In this document: one piece after another, positions 59,601 to 64,000 of the stretch
Position numbering within the stretch: position 1 is the stretch's first letter
Layout: each line of letters starts with the position of its first letter
Origin: a virus
Direction: 5' to 3' (one strand)
Virus record (IMG/VR): IMGVR_UViG_3300028115_000009
Location: 1 to 64,000 of that record
DNA: 64,000 bases
Made by a program: the position numbers and the translations under genes
The notes under the pieces: model-generated
Seen by the model: only the letters and a program-made list of their open reading frames with translations
What the model was told of the DNA's origin: nothing
The model's database searches: none

Positions 59601-61789
59601 CTTTTTAGATATGTGTATGCTTGTACTGTTTGCAGTGCTTGAGATCCGAAAGTACCATTAATATATTCGTTACCTGCAGGAGTGAAATACGACTTAGCTG
59701 CTGTTACAGTTTTTAATGTGCCGCCTCTTGAAATATCATAAATTAAAGCGTCAACTATGTAACCTGTATCTCTCTCACATTTAACTGTGTCATATGCAAG
59801 ATTACCTTGCATAGTTCCAGTTCCGTTTGTTAACACACGAGGAATACCGCTGTTCTGAACGTCACTGATTCTAAACTCAGTGTCAGACACAGCAGATTCA
59901 ACATAATAGATTGTTCCTGCTGTAACGCCGCCCAAAGTGCCATTGAATACAATCGGCATTCCTGGATCTAAGTTAGCAGTTGATGTTGTTGTAAAGACCT
60001 GTGTTCCAGATGTAGCTGCGGTAATGTTAACTCTGTAATTGTAACTAATCCAGTTAGTTACTTCCTTCATTAAGAATTCTTTGTTATTTTGTAAAATATG
60101 CTTTGCTTGCGGATTTAAATATCCGTCACGTACTTGCTCTAGTGCATAACGTACACTTGCCCAAGGTTTGTCAACTGTTAAGCCTGAAGCTGGTGCAGGT
60201 TCATTAGCACCTAATGGTCCAACATAAACAACGTTGTCGATTAGACCGTAGTTTGCCCAAGCTGGGAAGCCATCAGTTGCACGTAGAATCTGTCCATCGA
60301 CACCAATTGGCAATCTTGTAGGACCGTTCTCACCGTAGTAAACTAAGTCGCCTTCTGTAGTTAATGATAGTGCTTCTGAACCTAATGTTAGTAGGTTCCA
60401 GTAGTCTGCTGTTAAATCATTGTCTGGACGATTTCCTGTTGCTGCTGTATGCTTTGTTACAGCAATAAAACTACTTGCTCCGTATATTACAACATCGCCT
60501 ACATGATAGTCAGTACCAGTTTTCCAAGTAGACGAATAACCTGTCCAAGAAACACTAGTAACTGTACCGCCGCTTACACCAGTAACAGTAACTTCTGCAT
60601 CGTTTGCTGGACTTGTGCCGCCAATTGACGAGCCAAGTAGTTTAATAACATCGTTTGTAGCATAGCCAGTTCCTGCAAATCCTGTTGACACCGTAATAGT
60701 GTAAACTGATTTTGATTTAACAACGTCAAACCTAGCACCAGAACCTGAACCTACAACGTTACTACCTTGTACTTGTAAGAATGTTTCTGTGCTATATGTC
60801 CAATTAATACCGCTGTTTAATCTGCTCCAGTATGTAGCATCTGGTGGCTCATTACCTGTATTGTCAGTAAGTGCAACATAAGTTGATCCGCCTAAGCGAA
60901 CTACGTCGCCTACTTTGTAACTAGATAAGACGGTCCAATCACCTTGGAAACTAAATCCAGTTGTAAATACATCCCAATCATCTGGATTAGAAGTAGGTTG
61001 ACTGTTTGTGTTATTTGTTTTAGCAACATAAACATAACCACCATAAGTAACAGTGTCACCTATTTGATAGTTAGATATATTGTTCCATGAATCTTCGAAC
61101 TGGAATCCTTCAACAAATGCTTCCCAATTTGATTCATCTGCTTCAAAGTTAGATGATGTATGTGCAGTAGTAGCAATCCAAATGTTACCACCGTACTTGA
61201 TAAGATCGTTAATGCGGTATCTAGTAGCAGTTACCCATTCACCTGTGTAAACAATACCGTCGCTAAATAATGTCCAGTTGGCTTGGTCATTTTCTAAACC
61301 TAAGATTGATGTTGCAGCTGATACGTGAGCAGTGTTACATACATAAACATAGCCGCCGTAACGAACTAAGTCGCTAAGTTTATATCTTGTTGAAGTTGCC
61401 CAATCACCTTTAAAGTCGAATGATGTAGCAAATTCTGTCCAGTCAGCTAAGTTTTCTTCTAGGCCTAAAAATGTAGGAGAATCAAAAGTTGCAGATACGT
61501 GTCCATTTTCACAAATATAAACGTTTGCACCGTACTTGACAACGTCACCTGGAGCATATTCTACTTCTGGCTCCCAATCACCTTGCCAGCTTGTTCCGTC
61601 GGAAACAATTTCCCATTTTGGAATTACATCAGTGAAATCTGTGTTGAATTCCGTAGAAGAAGTATGGTTTTTAACACATATATACGATTTACCGCCGAAA
61701 CTAATAACATCGTCTGCAACATATGTTGTACTAGCAACCCAGTCACCTTGCCATACAAATCTAATTCTACCTAGTTTAAATTCTGCCAT
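50621..61789 (-). CDS. Giant (3722 aa) multidomain virion fibre/structural protein
   Basis: N-terminal W.GDW...Y..GD.V.YGG..Y repeats, a split beta-helix, ten CxRD helical repeats, S.DG.TW Asp-box repeats, and a C-terminal HDFL.IG..STDQDGNF.VG domain. Confidence 0.8.
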   Translation of the reverse strand: MAEFKLGRIRFVWQGDWVASTTYVADDVISFGGKSYICVKNHTSSTEFNTDFTDVIPKWEIVSDGTSWQGDWEPEVEYAPGDVVKYGANVYICENGHVSATFDSPTFLGLEENLADWTEFATSFDFKGDWATSTRYKLSDLVRYGGYVYVCNTAHVSAATSILGLENDQANWTLFSDGIVYTGEWVTATRYRINDLIKYGGNIWIATTAHTSSNFEADESNWEAFVEGFQFEDSWNNISNYQIGDTVTYGGYVYVAKTNNTNSQPTSNPDDWDVFTTGFSFQGDWTVLSSYKVGDVVRLGGSTYVALTDNTGNEPPDATYWSRLNSGINWTYSTETFLQVQGSNVVGSGSGARFDVVKSKSVYTITVSTGFAGTGYATNDVIKLLGSSIGGTSPANDAEVTVTGVSGGTVTSVSWTGYSSTWKTGTDYHVGDVVIYGASSFIAVTKHTAATGNRPDNDLTADYWNLLTLGSEALSLTTEGDLVYYGENGPTRLPIGVDGQILRATDGFPAWANYGLIDNVVYVGPLGANEPAPASGLTVDKPWASVRYALEQVRDGYLNPQAKHILQNNKEFLMKEVTNWISYNYRVNITAATSGTQVFTTTSTANLDPGMPIVFNGTLGGVTAGTIYYVESAVSDTEFRISDVQNSGIPRVLTNGTGTMQGNLAYDTVKCERDTGYIVDALIYDISRGGTLKTVTAAKSYFTPAGNEYINGTFGSQALQTVQAYTYLKSIVASVLSNEQPLSYQSLNGVALEDRSVQIIDFTLEAEATGISKAANLIDIITTGISAGSATAIPTVTNPNTTVFIKTGTYNEILPIIVPEYTAIVGDELRTSVIQPAPAVPLLVNDKSKTTSALNRIKDLIPDLMQNIAIAPTSGNTASQAYINGYGGTTTSTNRLNTGIELISDILENGISVANAYEVSNPTPTSGTGNASDSGYANAVTQLTANKAFLQAEITAWIADQVLNETAPFTSAFTYDAVACARDTGYIIDAIIYDLTYGGNLETTVAARAYFVEGSPVYGAGEKDETLAAYARLKTIVGEVILETDVVLSPDNGELQNKDNDAGSAGAASKAEALVQEVYDTIDTDGTLASEVAADITWVPTTLTTVNTAIVAAKATIQAGAISWINENYPDLTYDEAKCSRDLGYIIDALRYDIMFGSDFRSLKAGMAYRRGIASTGIVLDSQLEPTIGSIDYVREQIKAITTGTTKVAESTALIADILENGSGSIPTSFVIPDPTGYDTGFFNARRLIKLNKDFLVAEVEAYMTDNYNALWISLDSDQKASCLRDMEYILDALEYDLTYRGNLETIVAARAYYVDGVFQEPSDQKTAALAVQARLADIIDNIAIGNTAGWTKSSSNAATQDITGTAGSAGAAAFAQDRINEIYNTIDTGDTPALISPSLTWVDSALVDLKSVIDARRSVIQQGAIDYINFIYPDLTYDEAKCARDVGYIVDAIAYDVLFGSDFRSAKAGMAYRRGITSTEYVIDNQLAATLSTISFIDEALTQLTEGSTSEVGTTTAALAVASKAETIKTVVQSGLTAVPAYVLPTPTNYNTANLVDTAYATTSNTTGVTTTYGNAADQLAVNSAFIQLEVRKWLEDSNNGFDTFWATLGADAQDKCIRDVGYIIDAIRYDLTYGGNTQSLIAGSAYYSNFVLTIGANELPATLGAYDRMRDVIGWVIAEDTGSWTKSPGNTLTQDVSGTAGNAASIEFAEDRVDDVLDWINNGEPNATIEIATDWAGLEVKTSYDALVSRRYEIIEDTVYWVEKNWQKLQYNQETCRRDTGLMTDAVIRDMLTGSNFASIKAGMAYYRILASTAIVTNNQLDASVGAVNFLKQKVKHIAATTASAHAELIINDITAYIDGGKKPTLRIKALSTVDENDAAAAITIWDNKEFIQAEVLAFIAAEYPLVEFSQEKCIRDVGLLIDALRYDLVYGGTSATQEAAMAYYVGTTLQIDENDKVATIAAYEWVKFLASDLAINQVGSPYAIQTEVTPVFRDENVQIIGDANSALRVVALMDYAIALINDGVSAFDTVTIVDVTSNVLTSDAEHNFKIGDEVSSVSGFDTVTGGQIYYIKSVPNTTTFTISETFNGTTHVLSDSTSTETLIVNKSNPDISSVNAVIKQQNLNLSGSKEIIKTAITQYIADNYPTLVYDEDKCARDVGYIVDAIGYDMMVDSNYRTIAAASAYYRGAQADLVLGAQKTATVQSYRELKNKIASYITASPTAVKRANSLMDIIINMLDKGVNETPETTGTIAYYNNVEVAKGVEILKANKNFLANEATAWVTQTFSNTVTAVSNGNNAVQTSTAHNLAVNDPVVFSDTIDELTPGITYYVKAILAPEQFTVSTTIGGTEVTIVTGGVTEATVTYSFDPVACRRDMIRYVEAVAHDLQYPGNHHALRAAILYLNAVEGSERSDMFYVRNSTGVRNMTLSGLRGNLTELNEFGTRRPTAGAYVSLDPGFGPWDTEAWITNKSPYIQNVTNFGVGCVGNKIDGALHAGGNRSTVSNDFTQVLSDGIGVWCSGNNSLTELVSVFAYYNYSGYLADLGGRIRATNGNSSYGTYGTIAEGTDTGEVPLYCEVDNLSQEAYISEVITDGDQQVFRFEFDNAGRDYTNAQYAISGSGFNATTIADETRDGAIFETRLIDLDDGNETGGADYVTAKNVAQGGDLISATIAATDTALLGAYNGMRIQITAGTGVGQYGNILTYNNGLKVAKVYKDSFENLTVTNTTVTTNVLTVASTASLYVDMPIYLSDDIGGLTAANDYYVTAITSGTQFTVSDEEGGADVTLSTATGSVTLYAAGWDHVIPGTPIAAGLDLTSGYTIEPRIKFTGPGYVATATTTSGTESIRAASYADGHFVALQNGGTATYASADGKTWTSSGALSTSANWADVAFGGGTGATARVIIGGLGGSGAVLEAELGELNSIGLPGPTQIKQINVINGGKGFSSAPTITITPTSGGGGASAVCTVLNGVIQEVIMTSTGAGYGAVPTITAETDKVTEIIVDSFGNGYKTTPTVTISGGGASESATATAVMDNEGVASITIDTVGAGYTSVPTIEIIDASAKFVAIANGSTSNANITLANAKSDNTWSAGTALPNSNFTSVTYGDGVYVAVGGAGGSGSAATSTDGSAWVSRTNITLSAGTFSGVAYGAATYVAINTGGNKVAKSANGITWAEGGTLPSSNTWASVAYGNGRFVAIATGSREVAVSYDKGATWVASPAGLPTAGNWSKVKYGQGLFIAVAEGTAVCATSTDGITWNEQALGSSAAWNGLVFGNPNSKPIWAAFTNAANNVVNYVETGAKALGRLVETDGSIISTRMVEPGSGYPNGTVVSTTSANTITLDSTARLVQNQPITFTNVTDSGLVNETPYYINTIPSGTTITVSLIAGSGTPVAIETTTLTGATFKAGPIATITDPNSTIDAPVHARQGNGALANPSFTNRGSGYQTATVEVAGDGYSDLFQASTFIAVRGLFDLPIPGSNIVFASKTGTWYKLVAVSGILGSQGNYNATFQISPALTILDAPLDGTLVTTTNKYSQVRLTGHDFLYIGTGNQADTNYPYVDITTANQDVQQLSSGGGRVFFTSTDQDGNFNVGGLFGVQQSTGTATLDADAFNLAGLQSLQLNGIGLGIGSAVITQFSTDPFFTANSDNIVPTQRAIKSYITAQIGGGQSSLNVNTLTSGVVFIANDEITTTNGGQLNIKAKMNFTGGIDGAPVALGFFLAR

Positions 61790-61837
61790 TTTAGCTCCAT
61801 CAATTCTTTACTATTGTTATTTATCCAATTACATATA

Positions 61838-64000
61838 TCAGCGTGTTGGATCGACAAATGTCTTCATAAAATACGCCATTGCAAGGCCATCGCCTGCCCA
61901 TGCCGCAGTTGGTCCAGAAACATTTGCCTTTGTCCCTATTTCAACTTGCCATCCTTCAGCACCTTCTGGAACTGTTGATGTAATTTCATCAGGTCCGCCA
62001 ACTTTAACTGTACCTGCTGTTAGCAAGCCAGTAAATGTATCTGAGCCACCTTGCGATAGTCGACTTGTTAAGTATGTTTTAATTGCCTTCTGTGTTGGTA
62101 CAAGGTTATTTGAGTTTGCAACAAACGTACCGTCTGTTGAGAACGCTGTAATAACTACCGGTGATCCACCAAGAGCAACACCACCAATTTCAAGTTGATC
62201 AAGACCTTGTAGACCAAATTCATCTGCACTCAAAGTAACAATACCAGTTGCCTGTTCAACCGCAAACAAGTCACCAACTCTAAAGTTACCATCTTGGTCT
62301 GTTGAACTGTAGAACACACGCCCGTTGTTAGTTTCTTGAACTTCGTCTTGTGGTTCTAAGTTAGTTGTAATCGGTAAGTTAGGATAATTAGATTGAATCT
62401 GGTTACCGAAACCAATGTTCAAGAAGTCATGATTGGTTAAACGTACTTGACTAAATCTTGAACGTATTGTTAACGGATCATCGTGTGCAGGTGATAAATC
62501 TTGTGTTAAGCCCGGTGAAAGTTGAATTTCACATTCTAAGAATGGCACTTCTGTTCCACGTAATATCGTTGCTTTTGCTACCCTGTATACTTCGCCGTTA
62601 CCTGTAAATTCTAAGTTATCTCCAGGTTGTGGCAATCTTGTTAAGTTTTTAACAACAATGCGTAGCCCAGTTTGGAATTCGTCAGCATAGCCTCCGCCAT
62701 TAATACTAATAGATGTTGAAGTTGTATTGTAACCTTGTCCATAATTTACAAACGTAGGCGAGCTTAATACTCCGTTACCTACACGAACCTGGAATGCAGC
62801 ATCTTGCGAATTGTTAGGATCAAATATATCTATAGTCGGAGAAGTAGTATATCCTGATCCTGCCTGGAACATGTTTACACTTGTAATAGTACTATCAGTA
62901 ATAGTTACCCTTGCTTGTGCTCTTGAACCAGTTGAGATTTTATGTGTAACTCCAAGATCAGATATTGCTAAGAACCATCCGTCTTTATTAATATTATCAA
63001 AAGTAAATCCTAATGCTCTATATGGAGATATTTCTCCATCAAGAATCTTCCAATTAAATCCATCTTCTGATTGGCAACAAATTCCGTCTTCGACATTTAT
63101 TAATACAAATACACCATTGCCGTATTCAAAAATCGTTCCTTTAACAGCTAAGTTTGACTGGTACCAAGTAATACCATCGAAGCTGTAAACTGACGGTTTT
63201 TCATCTGAAGACACTGCAACGAATCTTCCGTTACCAAATTTAATTTGTGTCCAGTTACCTGCTGTAGAATCTAAAGAAGTATCAAGTGTAGATTCTGCCC
63301 AAGTGGCACCATTATCTATGCTATATTTTACAGCATGACTATCTCCTGATATAGCAACAAACGTGTTTCGTCCATAATCAATATCAATCCATTTATCATC
63401 GTCAATTGATTGATCAACTTCTGTCCAAGTACTGCCGTTGTTAGCCGAATATGCAGAAATTGAACTATCTGAAACTGCAACAAATCTTCCGTTACCATAA
63501 GTAATTGCAGTGTAGTTTCCTGTGCTTAAAGTTGGAAGTGACGACGATAACCAAGTTACACCATCTGAAACAGAGTATAGGACATCGCCAGTTTTAGAAA
63601 TAAGTACCCAAGTATTATTGCCGTAACAAGCATCAACCCATCCGCCGTTATAATCTGGGTTAGGAATTAATGTTCCAAATCCGTCATCGATCTCTGGAGC
63701 ATCATCAGCGCCTTTTGGAAGTATAATATCGATATCCCAATTCTCATAATCTGATGTACTTACTGCGTTAAATCCGTTAATTGGAAATGCTATTGGATAA
63801 AATCCATTTGATGCAATTATACTGTATTCAGATATATTTATATGTGGAATATCGTTCATTGCTATTTGTGTAAAGGTCGGGGCACCATATTTAACTCTTG
63901 GCTCAATAGTGTATACTGAAGTAGAGTCAAACGTATTAACTAATAGTGTACCTGGGTTAATATGATCCCATCCTACAGCATTTAATTGCATTGAACCTGT
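61838..64000 (-). CDS. Partial paralog of the giant fibre protein (C-terminal part; the frame continues past the right edge)
   Basis: Frame is open to 64000; shares GWDH..PG, YGNGRFVAV, SQVRLT.HDFL.IG and GRVFYSSTDQDGNF with 50621..61789. Confidence 0.8.
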   Translation of the reverse strand, partial: TGSMQLNAVGWDHINPGTLLVNTFDSTSVYTIEPRVKYGAPTFTQIAMNDIPHINISEYSIIASNGFYPIAFPINGFNAVSTSDYENWDIDIILPKGADDAPEIDDGFGTLIPNPDYNGGWVDACYGNNTWVLISKTGDVLYSVSDGVTWLSSSLPTLSTGNYTAITYGNGRFVAVSDSSISAYSANNGSTWTEVDQSIDDDKWIDIDYGRNTFVAISGDSHAVKYSIDNGATWAESTLDTSLDSTAGNWTQIKFGNGRFVAVSSDEKPSVYSFDGITWYQSNLAVKGTIFEYGNGVFVLINVEDGICCQSEDGFNWKILDGEISPYRALGFTFDNINKDGWFLAISDLGVTHKISTGSRAQARVTITDSTITSVNMFQAGSGYTTSPTIDIFDPNNSQDAAFQVRVGNGVLSSPTFVNYGQGYNTTSTSISINGGGYADEFQTGLRIVVKNLTRLPQPGDNLEFTGNGEVYRVAKATILRGTEVPFLECEIQLSPGLTQDLSPAHDDPLTIRSRFSQVRLTNHDFLNIGFGNQIQSNYPNLPITTNLEPQDEVQETNNGRVFYSSTDQDGNFRVGDLFAVEQATGIVTLSADEFGLQGLDQLEIGGVALGGSPVVITAFSTDGTFVANSNNLVPTQKAIKTYLTSRLSQGGSDTFTGLLTAGTVKVGGPDEITSTVPEGAEGWQVEIGTKANVSGPTAAWAGDGLAMAYFMKTFVDPTR

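Noticed and set aside
54560-59800. Calling the host a cyanobacterium from the phycobiliprotein-like repeats
   Set aside because: The motif similarity is unverified and the window has no photosynthesis or bilin genes; the host cannot be assigned from this sequence.
61499-63188. Plus-strand ORFs 61499..61774, 61536..62198 and 62811..63188
   Set aside because: Antisense to well-supported fibre genes, with no recognisable motifs.
1-64000. Alternative genetic code, inteins, introns, tRNA/rRNA genes or integrase
   Set aside because: Genes tile densely under the standard code; terminase and UvsX have normal lengths; intergenic gaps are short and I saw no cloverleaf or integrase motifs by eye (tRNAscan was not run).

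Overview
This window is part of a large, AT-rich T4-related myovirus genome (large-genome Caudoviricetes, probably aquatic and uncultured); nothing in it looks like a cellular chromosome. From left to right it holds: (1) a glycosyltransferase/methyltransferase cluster (1-7.8 kb) joined to the end of the gp32-uvsX-uvsY operon; (2) a head/packaging/tail block with terminase, gp4, tail tube, an enlarged sheath, gp13/14/15 and several low-complexity proteins with T4 internal-protein-like N-termini carrying LysM, peptidoglycan-binding and annexin-like domains; (3) an ADP-heptose operon (hldE, hldD, gmhB, and a cupin where gmhA would be expected) behind a perfect sigma70 promoter, facing a GT9 heptosyltransferase-like/carbamoyltransferase operon, with two flavin halogenases, five 2OG-Fe(II) oxygenases and an FkbM methyltransferase in the same block; (4) a tail-fibre module with three mosaic, approximately 30-Cys Gly-rich paralogs, a Ser/Thr-rich fibre, and a 3722-aa protein with ten alternating repeats resembling the phycobiliprotein C-x-R-D chromophore helix. 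Many late genes appear leaderless (TAAATA-N5-ATG). The best candidates for new biology are the phage heptosylation/tailoring system next to the fibre genes, the phycobiliprotein-like repeat array, and the Cys-rich tip triplet. All calls come from motif recognition by eye; no searches were run.
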